DNA from: Phallusia mammillata
Taxonomy: Eukaryota
Reading direction: 5' to 3'
Assembly: GCA_965637545.1 (NCBI GenBank)
Contig: OZ281498.1
Span: 17,546,001-17,610,000, forward strand
Length of the DNA: 64,000 nucleotides
The notes beneath the pieces were generated by a model. That model made no database searches, had not been told where the DNA came from, and saw nothing but the letters and a program-made list of their open reading frames with translations. The translations under genes were made by a program, and so were the position numbers. This document shows, piece after piece, positions 44,314 through 56,773 of the stretch; within the stretch, counting starts at the first letter, position 1, and each line of letters opens with the position of its first letter.

Positions 44314-47300
44314 TCAATTTTTCCCGCTATAACGATAAGGATCATGTCCGAGTACGTAGAAATCGTCGGCGTACAAGTCCCTCAAGCGGTTAACGTCCGC
44401 CTCTGAAATAAGTTGCATAGCTTTAGCTGTAATTGTATTTTGCGTGGCCGGTTTGTTGGCACCGGGAAACGTAAAATTTATATCCAAGTCTCTCTGAACG
44501 AATTTGAGCAGCCGATTGGACTCTGTAACCAGGTTTTCGAATCGCATTACCATGCTGTAGTTTAGCGCACAAGGCTGACAGAGCAACACTTGGGGGCGCC
44601 AGTGCACATCCATCGTGTGACTGTTGACGTTGCGTGTGTGGGTTAACACGTGTCTGCAATAAAAGTAACAACATGAACGCGTGACTATTGCAATACCATG
44701 TCACCGTCTACCTGATAAATTGTTGAAAAGAAATTTCTCCGCTCCGCAGTACATGCCGATATCTGATGACGTCATCCTGTTGTTGTTTTCCCAGTGCAGA
44801 AAATTCTGGCGAGCTCTTCAGCGCCACCATGTCACCAACGGCCGAGGTCATTCTGTGGCAAGATATATGTGCATTGTGTAGTTTAGAACTGTCTACATAG
44901 TTACATGCCTAATCGAAATCTTTCTTGTCGATCGGAGTGAATATAAGTGCAGTGCAATATCCCACGTATAACAATTGCACGATTGGGCCAAGGAAAGGCA
45001 AGCCAATGGCCAGGATATTAAAAACGTAAAATTTCAATAATAAAAAAATTTGCGTTTTAACAAATAAATCGAACTTTTGTATTGTAACGGTAGGAGTTGG
45101 AACCAAAACTTGTGGCAATTAACGTAATTCATGTAGCCTACATGAGTCAAGTAAACCACAAGAATCATAATGTGACTATTTTTTTAGGAGCGATGACAAA
45201 ACTAAATCAGTGCTTTTGTAAGTTCAAATAACTTTTAAGTCATACCAAAAAATACCTAAAAACAGCCGGACCTGGTTGGGCAATAAACGCAAGTTATGTA
45301 TAAGCTGTTGCTACTAGTGATGTACCGAATCGGCTAAATTTCGATTCGGCCGAAACCGAATATTCGGCGGTTTTGCCGAATAAATTCGCCCGAATCAACC
45401 GAATCATTTATGACGTCACGCGAAGTCGTACGCTACGCTTTTGACGTGAAAAAATGTCTATCTACCAGGCAGCCAGTGCAAAATAGTTGTGTTTTGTCCT
45501 TATTTCAGTTCTGTGGGGTTTAAAATTGCCATAAGCATGATTGGCAACCTGCCAATGAATTACTATTTTTTTGACTACCGTGGGGAAAACGATAATGTGT
45601 TTAAAAAGATAAACTATGACGCAATTTTTGTTATGTTTGGGCTTTTGAAAGATTGCGTGGACCTTAATAAGCAGAAAAGACACGTTTAATGCTTTAAATT
45701 GGTGTTCGTAAAAGATTCGGTTTAGGCCGAATCGCAACAAATTATTCGGCCGAAACCGAATCTTTGCAAAAATGATCGATTCGGCCGAATAAATTCGGCA
45801 AACCGAATATTCGGTACATCTCTAGTTGCTACCAGACATAATATTAAATTTACAGAACTTATTTTTGTCGTTTGGTTGTTTTTGAAGCACCTAACTCCAT
45901 GCAAACATCCGATATGTTTGCAGTGTTAACTAGGCGTGACGAAAACAATAGCTGGACTAACACATGAGTACACTAGGATCTATGTTAGGTATAGCAGAAA
46001 ACTAACACCGGAGTCGTATAATCGGTCAGAAACAAAGCGGAGTCGCCTGCTAGCGCTGCAGTCAAATGGTTTAGCGAGGCACACTTCATTTGGCAACATT
46101 TATCCGCGAGCTGACCTTTCTGCATTTAGCCCACGTGCGCCCAGCCAAAGTTTTGATCCACTGTACACAGCTGTTTATCTACGATTTGACATTAAAAATA
46201 TTTAAAACCTACCTGATGCCGTGCAAAAATTCCGGAGACTGATTTCGGGCAATTTTTACACCAGCGTTTCGCCGGTACGAGGTCATATCGGAACGGTTGG
46301 TAAACTTATCAAAGTAGGCAGACACCAACCGTTCAAATGGATGCCTCGTTATCATGAATGTTGTGAATTGCTTAATAATGCGCTCAGCTTGTTCGTCGTC
46401 AACCCTGTAATAAAAATAGAGTTCTCAGGTAACCACGACTTACAAGTAATCATGCTGGATGGGCCGTATTTTACCTAACAAGCGTTTTATGGGGAAACTG
46501 CGAGTAGGCATATCTATGAAGCAGTTCTTTCGTGACATCTCCTGGAAATCCGTTCAACTTCATTAACACAGCTTGCCATGTGGTGCTTGCCACCTGCAAA
46601 ACAGAAGTTACCTTTAAAATACTGCTGCATGTATACCAACATGTCATAGTTTAAAATGATAAACATAGCCTATTTCATAAAAATGGCTGAACACTGTGCA
46701 GCAAAATCAACCGTTAAAACGCAGTACAAAACCTAGGGTTTCTCTCGAATAGGGTTTTTCCCCATTTATTTAATAATGTGCTGGTTTCAATCGGAGGGAA
46801 CAGTGTGAAAAGCATATTTTCTTCTTCATTCCTGTGAACTGATTTTGTTCATACTTGAAAAATTTGGACCGCCAGATGACGCTATGTGTGTTGAAAAAAA
46901 AATCGTAGGCTAAGATAGCCAACAGCGGGCAACTTGGCCAAACGGTCTGGCGCGCCTGACCCATGCACAGAAACAAAAAACTGTTTGGAATTCGTCCTCG
47001 GGGGTGTCCTGGGTTCGAACCCAGTAAAAAAACAGAAACTTATAGTCACATCACACTGGCATACTAGAAAATAAAAATCTACATAAACAAATTTACGGTG
47101 TAAACCAGCTATGACGCGTTTCGTGAGTACAAAAAATTGCATACTGGATAACCAAAAACATTTATATACCTTTGGTAGTTCGCACATAAGCAGCGGCATG
47201 CTCGCCCCATACTTAAAGCTGTGTGAACGTTGGAATTTTGAGTTCAAGTTGCGTTCTTTGCACTTCCGTTGTATTTCCTGCAATCTACAGCTGAAAGGGG

Positions 47301-48191
47301 GCTCAGCGGAGAGTGGATGCATCCCTTCTTGTAAACGGGGACATGTTGGGGTTGCCTGGGGTGCAAATGTGGGACAGGGGGATGTTTTCTCATGAACGTT
47401 TACTGTTTGTCGTTCTGCAAAACATCATGAACCAAATAAAGTAGGCGCTCTGAATCATCACCTATACACAAGACTCATACACCGACCACACATAAACCGT
47501 TAACACACGTAACTTTTTGACGCATCCAAGCAAACCTTTTTAATTGTACAATCATAACATAATTTGTGGTAAAAAATGCCAGATAGCAAATAAAACCACA
47601 TGTAAACAGTAAAATTACGATTATACGATTATTTTTTACAGTAACATAAAGCATAAAAAGCGAGAACATATTTTGCAAGACCAACAGTTCTATTGAAATA
47701 AATATCGTGGGTCAGACCATTGTTAAATAGGGATAAAGAAAGCATCTATCTATAACATAACCACGTTGGCTTGAAATATATTCTTTCAGTACAGAATTTA
47801 GGTTTATGGAAAGATACAGATAACAACAAATGGCCAATAACATAGGTAATCAATAAATTATATGCAGCTAGCCTTTTTCTAATTTAACACCAAATATGAT
47901 TATGTCCTGTGGACCACCCAAAGGGTAGTTCTGCTTAGATTTAAAACCATATAGCTAACATTTTCTAGACAACAAAAAATACTACCCATTGCGCAATAGT
48001 TAAATAATGGCTAAGTTAGCTGAGAAAATAATAAACTTACCTTGTAACATACTGTTTATTTTTGAGGTCGATAATGTCGAATATAATCCAGCCCGTTCAA
48101 CAAACAAAGCAATTCCACTTAACATTAGCAGAAATGCAAAGATTTTCTTTCCTTTTGTCAACATCATATTTGCAATTGACACTGCAGACAC
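44314..48191 (-). CDS. Carbohydrate sulfotransferase (Sulfotransfer_2; CHST8-14/HNK-1ST-like), type II membrane protein
   Basis: Exons 48191-48041 (TM anchor), 47414-47170, 46593-46475 (5'-PSB CELPKVASTTW across the junction), 46404-46213 (3'-PB RHPFERLVSAYFDKF), possible 46160-46116, 44852-44712 (GEISFQQFIR), 44653-44314 (HWRPQ..LCQPC...RFE...Y.DDF). Confidence 0.88.
45315..45824. mobile_element. hAT-type MITE, family 1, second copy
   Basis: TIR tagtgatgtaccgaat / attcggtacatctcta; perfect 8-bp TSD gttgctac; same subterminal ggccgaaaccgaa repeats. Confidence 0.9.
46927..47033 (+). mobile_element. tRNA-derived SINE-like repeat
   Basis: A-box-like TGGCCAAACGG and B-box GGTTCGAACCC, then an A-rich tail. 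Related minus-strand copies at about 4928-5030 and 13716-13782. Confidence 0.55.
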
Positions 48192-50492
48192 TGCTGCTTA
48201 CACTACACTGGTCATTGAATCATTTTATAAACAACACTAACTTTTTTCAATAAAATGAATGAAACTGATTATTACGCATTATAAATCAAAAACAAGTGCT
48301 ACTATTTCATCACAAAAGACAATCACCATTATGTTTGACCCTAAAAACTCACGAACACTAGCTAATCAGTAGTTCTTACTCTCAACTTTCATATGACAAC
48401 CAACGCCTGTTGAGTATTTCTATCGGATAGTTAAGTCTTATTGGTAATAAAACTATCGTAACGTGTTTTGTGTAACTTCTGCTGCTTTCAAAACAGTGTG
48501 TTTGCGTTCGTTATTTTTCTAACTTACATTTACTGCCTGTGGTTTACGCTAGCAACAGAAGCGGTCAAAATAGTGCTCGTGTTGTGTAACTAAATTTCGG
48601 CACGTCGGCAGCTTTTTCCCACGGGCCAAAAGCACAAAACGCTTGTTTCCTCTGGCAAAACATTACTTTAGCCGCAACACAAAAATAGCCGTCAACAAGC
48701 ATCGGACACCTTCCATTTAGATTTAAGGCCTAATTAGGCCAAGGATGCTATGGTTAGTCAGTTGCCTACGACTGAAGCACTGAAAGTGTGTGGCTAAATT
48801 GTGTTGATTTGATTTCTGTTTTAAAGGTTATACAATGCCTTCAATTCATGTTCCTGAAAAGTGACACGTATTTTGTAGGGTTTTTAACGAGCGTTATATA
48901 ACTTTGCGTAATTGAAATACCTCGGCCTATAGTTTAGGTGCAGTTCTGATTTAAACTGTAAATGTGTCAAGCTAGTAGTTCATTTTTGCTTGATACACGA
49001 TCACTGCGCATTGCAAACTCTTGCTTAAAACGAATAATTGTTAAATTCTAGGAACAGGCCTGAAGCTTGCATGCAGACCATTGATCACGGCCCCAAAAAG
49101 CATTGCGGGGAGTGGGAATACAGTGGAAAAATGTCGATAAATCTTGTTTTTAAGCTATGGTATTGCAATTTTTGCATATATTATCATTTATCAGTATTTT
49201 ATTGAGAGTAATGTATTCCAGTGTGTAATAATAACCAACAAATATACGTAGATTGAGATGTAGGTGAACTGGGAAAACGTTGTAGAGTTAGTGTTAAAAT
49301 AAGTCTTACTGAGTGGTAATAATTTTTGTGTGTGCAATATAGGTAGTTTTCGTGCGCTCCACAACAAGAATGGCTCTTACCTTCACACAAGTGGATGTAG
49401 GCTAATACTTTGTGTGGCATCACCTTGTGCTACATAACAACCGAGAGGCTTTTGCTTTAAACCTATTCTTCCCTTGGGTGCAAAAAATATATGCATATTA
49501 ATATACTGCAAATATTTGCAAAATATCACATAATGTAGTTCGCTTACGTCTAAAGTAATGCTAGAACACATTTTGTGCGGGTGGTCTTTGCGCATTTGTT
49601 CAGCTGCTGCTCAACCTACGTAACTGCACACTTAACAAATTACACAAGGCGCCTACAAGAATCAGGTTTTTACGCGGCCTTTGTTTTTGACTACATTATG
49701 ATGTTAGATCAGTTGCCACAAAGCAGTGGTTCTTACCCTTTCATCGACCATGGCCCCCTGAAAGTAACTTTAGGGCCCTTTCAAAGTAACCTCGTAAAAA
49801 TGTAGATGACACATTTAACTGAATTGTAAAGTCCATGATTTTATAGGTTAAGCATTTTTGTTAAAAATGGCCGAACGTAGTAAATTTTAAATAAATATAG
49901 GGCCTACATGTGGGCGTTGTTTATGTTGCGCCGAAAAGAAATCTGAATATCTTTTTTGAAAAGCGTATAATAGGCTCTGCAAATTTTAACACGGGCACCA
50001 CCACCAACTTTAAACGATATTTCATGACTAGGTAATCAAGCCGACTGTCGAAACACAACAATGGGACAAATCAGGTATAATTCCTAAATCCATGAAGTGT
50101 GGTGGAATTTCGTACTAATTTCGGCTGCAAGTCCAATGAAGTAAACGACAAATCGTACTAGTGATAAACCTCAGTATGGACAAATAGTCGATTAAATTGG
50201 GAAATAAGAATATTTGCAACGCACACTCAATTCTACGCAATATGAAAGGAAAAGGCACACTGACTTTGGTGGATGTTTTTATAATTGAGCCTACACCGTG
50301 GCCGTTCAGAACACAGCTCGTCATTGACAAACTAATTTACTTTCCAACACATTTTCAGTTTAAAACCTTAAAAGTAGTCGATAGGAAATTACCTGCACAC
50401 ACATTTATTGTCAAGACACTACATTGGTAGCTAAGGCTCTCCTTCATTTTTTTGAATTTTTTGATTAGGTAATTAATGTTTTAAGTTATATA

Positions 50493-50875
50493 CAGGGTTG
50501 CCATACCGTCCTTATTTCTAAGATTTGTCATTATTTTGAAGGGCTGTGTCTTAGAAAAGTTTATTGTCCTTATTTCTAAGAAATGTCCTTATTTTTGACT
50601 GTTGTCCTTATTTTGCCTTATTTTCAACAATCACTATAGTCAAATCCCTGCAACAAGTAGAAGTGAACCTAGACCGGGCCCGATGTGAGATGCACTTAGT
50701 ATTTTCTACGAACAACGAGTTGCTGTAACAGATTATTTCTGGCCAAAATATTGCAAATATTATGTCATGGCTCATATAAAAGCAAAGATTTGTTCAAAAA
50801 CGTTTGTTTCGTTTCGCATGAAAAATTAATTTTACAGTTGTCCTTATTCTTGATTTCAAGTCGATGGCAACCCTG
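50493..50875. mobile_element. hAT-type MITE, family 4, second copy in opposite orientation
   Basis: Reverse-complement match to 40889-41266 along its length; perfect TSD gttatata. Confidence 0.9.
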
Positions 50876-50904
50876 GTTATATAGCTATAAGCTATGAACT
50901 AACC

Positions 50905-51950
50905 ATGTATCAATGTGATGTTTGGTAAAAATGTGACATACAGGTTTTGGTTTCTGGGTCTGACCATAAACCAAAACCTGTCATGGAAAGACCACATGAT
51001 TTCAATTTTGCAAAAGATTAGAAAAATATTTTACATATGTGTAAAGATAAAACCTTTTTTGTCCCAAGAAGCTTTACGAACAATTTATGAAACGTTAGTA
51101 AAAAGCCAGGTATTATACTGTATAACTTGCTGGTGCCATGGTCATAAAACTATATTGGCAAAAATCCAAAAAATTTGTGATAAATTTTTGTGTCTTACCT
51201 TTGGAGTTAGCCATATAGGACTACCTCAGGCAATGTTAAAACATCGTATACTATCTGTTGATCAACTTTTAAAACTGGAATGTGTTACTTTTGTTCACAA
51301 CTGGGAAGCAGGTAAACTTCCTGAAGCTTTCAAAACATTTTTTCTTCCTACTAGTAATTTAACCAGTATAACAACCAGACAAAAACAGTTTGGTTATCTT
51401 AAACCTTTTTGTGGCAGTAGTGTTGCCCAGCAATCTATTAAGTTCTCAGGTCCATTACATTGGACAAACCTTAATATCAAGAAAGTACCACGGTCTAAAA
51501 GTGCTTTCACATGTTACATAAAGTCACTCTTAATAGAAAATCAGAATACTTGTTTTGATCTTTGTGGAACACCCCAATTAGACCTCAAATGGTTCTAATG
51601 CAGTTTGGCACAAACCTTCACCCAGTAATTTAGTGTTTCCAGTTCAATACTGGAAAAACAAACCCACTACATACACATTTACAAACATGGACAACTATTT
51701 TTGGAGTGCGGATGATGCATCATGCGTCATCTCATACAATGATTGTAGGAAATACCTAAACCTTCATATGCTTTATGTGTCTAATCAACATTGGTTTATA
51801 TCGATAAATAATAATATTAGTAATACATGGTCGCTAACCCCCCCTTGTGCGTTCTTTAGTTTCGTTCCTTTTTCAGTGTTTTTATTTCTAATTGTGCTCT
51901 TTTCGGCGCGCCCTTTTCTTTTTGAACCAACAACATGGGAAATTAATTGA
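50905..51950 (+). mobile_element. 5'-truncated LINE (CR1/L2-like) ORF2 C-terminus and 3' flank
   Basis: ORF 50915-51598 has FLGLTINQNLSWKDHM...IYETLVKSQVLYCITCW, the typical post-RT motif set. The 3' end is approximate. Confidence 0.7.
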
Positions 51951-52089
51951 TTCAGTGTTTGACTTTAAAATTCATATTAAATATTTATTAACTACGCTTA
52001 TTGGTATTGTCTTGATTTGTGCTGTTTTTGTTTTTTATGACCCAATCAATTTGGGTAGGTTTCTTTTTTGGTTGTCGTTGTTTAAGTAC

Positions 52090-52392
52090 CTTTAATTATT
52101 CACCCGGCTGGAATCCACCCATGTTGTCAAACCAAGTCGCGTTGCTGTTAGCGCCCCTCGTTTCTTCAACGAGATTCCAACCTCTCAGGCCCGCTTTTTT
52201 ACCAGGTACAGCTGCTGCGTTTTTTTACCGTTGCCCTCCACCTGTTAGTATCATTTTAGCGTATTTTCAACCGCTAGGTTTTCGCAGCTGTGTCCTGTGT
52301 TTGTCGTGCCATTGTATCGTCATAACTTACTATGCTTGTCGCGTTCAAGTGCACGTGAACAAAATAAAATACGATACGATACGATACGATAC
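52090..52392 (+). repeat. Retroposon-like 3' end with (ATACG)4 tail
   Basis: AATAAA followed by atacgatacgatacgatacgatac at 52369-52392. The 5' limit is uncertain. Confidence 0.4.
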
Positions 52393-53211
52393 TTTAATAG
52401 ATGTGGCAGCGACATGGACTTGCTGGTGTGGTTAACTGGAAATGCGATGAAACAGATGACTTTTATACTTTCAAAAGGTAAAAAACTGTACATTCCAAGC
52501 AGAACAAATAGTTTGAATTGTTAAAAATTTATGTTGTTTTTTCCTAAACTAAGATTTTGGTAAAAAAGGAAGTGTTAATTCATTAACGTTTATTTGCTTT
52601 GACAGCGAAAACCCATGGGCGGTCATAAGCAGTTTCAGCAACAAACAAACTTGCTTTATTTCTGCGATCAGTTTGGCACATGTAAATGGTTTCGAAAGTA
52701 AAAATACATTAAAATAGTTAGCAAGGATAGTTTTCAGAGAAAATATGTACACATTGTACAAAAATGTGCGCGACATGTAAACTTACTGACTTTTTACACT
52801 GGATAGCAACTTACTCTTAGTTTACTCGCTAATTAGTTGACACAAACTTTGATATTCACTACATAACGAATTTGGTAAGCAACTGTCCAGAAAGGGCGAT
52901 TTTCATTTCAGCCGATTCACCGCAGCATACATAAGACTTAACAATAGGCATTATATGTTTAAAAAAAAACAAGAAAATTTAAGTCTCAATCCAAATTTCT
53001 GCCTTTCAGGTCAGTTTTTATTGTAAACATGGTAAGAATTTTCATTTATGTTGTTGCATGGTACTCTTGTCCGTTTGTTGAATCGTTTGTTTTACGCGGA
53101 TGGTAGAACACAGCCAACAACTTGCATTGTTATCATTATAATGAAGCATCGCATTCAAAGCAGTGCAAGTGTTTTTCACACCATTCCACACAAGTGTATG
53201 TTACATATATA

Positions 53212-56200
53212 TCAAGCCCTCCAAATTACCCATCTAGGTTTTGGTATTGGCTCCGCTGTTGTTGGCCGTCCCTCGTCTGAAACCTCTTTCTTTCTTCTCC
53301 TGGCTCCTCTGTCTTTTGTGTCCTTTCTTTTCTTCGGCGGCAGGCCAAGTTTCCTCCTTCTCTCGTCGCCCTCTAGGTCACGCCTCCTCTTCACTTCTAT
53401 CATATACGTCTTCCACGTCTTTTGTTCTTCCAAGACTATGACACGGATGCGGTTAAGAAGGAGAAGAATGACCAAGACGTTCTTGCACGTAAAGAAAACA
53501 TTCATATGTGTCACCACACGATAATGGAGCATAATGAAGAGCCTGATTATAAGAAAGGGGCCATCCTGAAAACACATGCTCATCACCATGCCCCAGATTT
53601 CTGTATAGCAACAGAAACACTCAAAGCAGTAACGGCCTTTCACCACGTTCTCAACTTCTTCGTCTGCTCTTAAGTTATCGTGAAGTTTTTTCCGCACTGG
53701 ACTAGATCCGCTGAAATGACTTTCGTCCCCGATTTCTACAAGGCTGTCGTTCTTGTGGCCATTCTGTGCTTCTGCGTTGTTGTTTTTCTCCACATTACGT
53801 TTCTTCATTTTTCCGTTTTCGTTAGATGCAATGCTCCCTGGTGCATCCCCGGTCGGTACACCACCTGCAGGTAATTTCCCGATGTGCTTTTCCTTTCGCT
53901 GTATACCAGGAAGCATCAATGTGTCTTTGGGAGTGATCTTGTCAGCTTGCATCGCGGCCTCCACGTCTTTAGCGTCGTGTTTCGTGTCACCGTTGGTTAT
54001 GACGTCATCGCGGTTGATTGGGATTTCGTCTTTATCATCATCTAGTGGTGGAAGGTCTTTGGTGGCAGTGAGGACTAAACAAAATTGAAGAAGACTCCAG
54101 CTCCAAATAGCCAGCACTAGAAACACTATTTCTCGGTTTTGGGCCACCTTAAAAAGATAAAAAGTTAGGTTATCGCGCTTCGAATACGTCTTCTTGCTTT
54201 TCCTTTTTATACTTTTTATGAGTAAGAAAAACGTGATGGATAATTGAATCAATACTAAAACAATGCAAGTTTAAACTAATTTACATTTTCACAACGACTT
54301 ACATTTTCTTCTCCGAAAACTTCCAACAGTTCAATGATGTCAGCACCCGCCGCTATATTGACCAATAACAGCTGTGATAGTTCATCACGTGACAGCTCGC
54401 CTTTGGGCGCAATCCATTTTCCCAAAACCAGAACAAATATAAGAATCTGCTCAAGAGCAAGTGTCCAACCTTCGTCTGAAAGAGCGATGTTTATTCCGAG
54501 CTGTAATGAAAGCATGACAATGTGTCTGAACAACAATATTTAAGTTTGGGACACGTCGAATCACTTGTATTAAAAAATCGAAAATTTGAGGCAGAATTTT
54601 AACTTTTCCGTTATATGAAAATAAGCCCACCTTATCCACAATTCCATTATGGTTACTTTGTGAAAGATTTGATTATGGGGACGCTTTTAAAAGATAAGCT
54701 AGTCTATAATTGAAGGTTTGTTTATCAAAACGAAATGTTTTCTAACGCGTAAAACTGAGCTAAAATAATAGAACTTTTATAGCGCTGGTTTGCCACAATA
54801 ACGTGCTACCACCTGGCTGTGAAAGTCGTTAGAAAAATGTTACACCTCGGTTCATAAGCTTCGGTTATAGCGCCACAGCTTAACATGGCAAAGGCCGGGA
54901 TCTGTGTTTTTCTAGTCCAGCTTTGATTAGTATTGTTTGTAAAAAAACATAAAAATATGTGAAAAACTGCTGCCAATTTAATGCCATATTTTTCTTACAG
55001 AAAGGTCCTGCGTCGAATTGCCAGTTAGGGCAGATGTTGTTTCGTTGTTCAATTCGGAAAGCCGATCGTTGAGCAGTTTAATCTCGAGCAGCCAAACACA
55101 CGGAATTCCACCCAGCAATAGAAAGAACACGCTCGGAGTTATCCTGGGCACGAAAAAGTTGAATAAACACTTGTGTTGCTGTCTGTTAAATTCATTAAAC
55201 ATATTTTTGGGGTTTAGTGTGGCAAGAAAGCGGTTTGTTTTAATAAAACAATTTCACTTCCTTTATGTTTGCCTCCTCTGTTGATATTTTTGATGCCACG
55301 AAATTCATTTTTCTATTACGGAGTCGGTTTAAAGAAGTGTTTAAAAATATTGCAGCAGAGTTGCCACTAGCAGTGAGAGGGCTTGTTAAACACAATATAG
55401 CGTCCCATATATGCCACCGGTAACAAACAATATGCTATGTGCAAGAGAAAGTGGAGATGAGACTGATTAATTACTGACAAATTTGCTACAATTAAGACTT
55501 AAATGAAACCAGAATATTGCTTAAACCTGTAGTTGAAATTGTGAAAGGTGATTTTGAAATAAGAAAAAAATATACCGTAATTTGAACTTAAAAAGTTTGG
55601 TTTAGTTTTGCTTTTGAAACGCTTTCTATTCTAAGTTATTGGTCATTATAATACATTCTACGTGCCAAAGATACTTGAAATCACAACTGCGCAAATAGCG
55701 TGCAAAGCGATGTCGATATTTTGACACACAGGGCTTGTGTAATCGTTCTGTGGTCTTTTTCACTTGTCGTCTTTGTGACAAAACGATTTTGAATCGCGCC
55801 TGGCATTAAAAACAAGTCGTTTTGTGACGCTACAGTGATCCGACAACTTTGTTTGGAAACAATCGCGAAACGGTAGCGGTGCCGTGAAAAGTTGATTTTA
55901 GGACTACACTGTTTGGGGTTTTGAAGGGTTTGGGCAGTCGACTTGCGTTTGTACAACACGACCACGAATTGGGCTATTATTCGTGCCCTGACGGAAGAGC
56001 TTGTGTTTGAATTCCAGAGTTTTCGTTTAAACTTCATTGCAAATTGTGTCAACTGTTAACGTTGTTTTTTGCTCCATCTACATTTCTAGTAAACACGACA
56101 ATGAATTTCAGGGGATTTTGGGTGGATGTTTGAACATTTTACAACGATTTTTTTATTTTTGCCACATGTTACAAAGCTAATAGATAATTTAGGTTTTATT

Positions 56201-56773
56201 TACGTGGGTTTCACTTCCAGATTTCAGTGTGTTTTGCAGTTGCAAACTTTCTAAAATACGTTAAAAATCATTTTGCGAAGGCACTCATTTTTATAAACAG
56301 CCTAAAATACATTTCAAAAACTTCTTTAAACGTTCAGCAACACCTTAATTAAAATTTCATTATATTTAAAACAGCTTTGTGCAAATAACATGACATATGT
56401 TCATTTTTGTTCAAGTTCAGTTGAAAAGTGCCAGCAAATTAACTGGTTAACACAATAATTTTAAAAGTAAGTTAAGTATACATATCCTATATTCAACTTA
56501 CCATTTCATTTCGTTGCCTCTTCTCACAAATATTGCGTGAACAGTTTCCAAAGCGAGTGGACACAAAACGAAAAGTAGAAGCCAGTAGGTTGGATTTTGA
56601 AGGGCTACAGTTACCCTCCAAATTGCGATAAACGTAAACAATGTATACAAGCATCTTGACAGAATTGATTTGATAATTCTCATGAAAGTCTTAAGAATAG
56701 TAGCGATCTTGCTGCCTTGTAATTTGCCACATGGAGTTTTCCATTCCGCCCTTCGCAAACAATCCAAACACAT
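53212..56773 (-). CDS. TMEM26: Transmembrane protein 26-like, 516 aa
   Basis: Exons 56773-56502 (IWRVT...YWLL...LET...RRG..KW), 55143-54999 (ITPSVFFLLLGGIPCVWLLE), 54500-54303 (WTLALEQ...SRDELSQLLL...GADIIE), 54147-53212 (IWSWSLLQF...QDGPFLIIRL...VFFTCKN). Phases are consistent. Confidence 0.9.

Noticed and set aside
48727-48740. Perfect 14-bp palindrome ggcctaattaggcc upstream of the sulfotransferase
   Set aside because: One such palindrome in 64 kb is not clearly beyond chance, and there is no supporting context.
49724-49770. cagtggttcttacc TIR-like start
   Set aside because: No partner end found.
53241-54088. Plus-strand ORFs opposite TMEM26 exon 4
   Set aside because: Antisense shadows.
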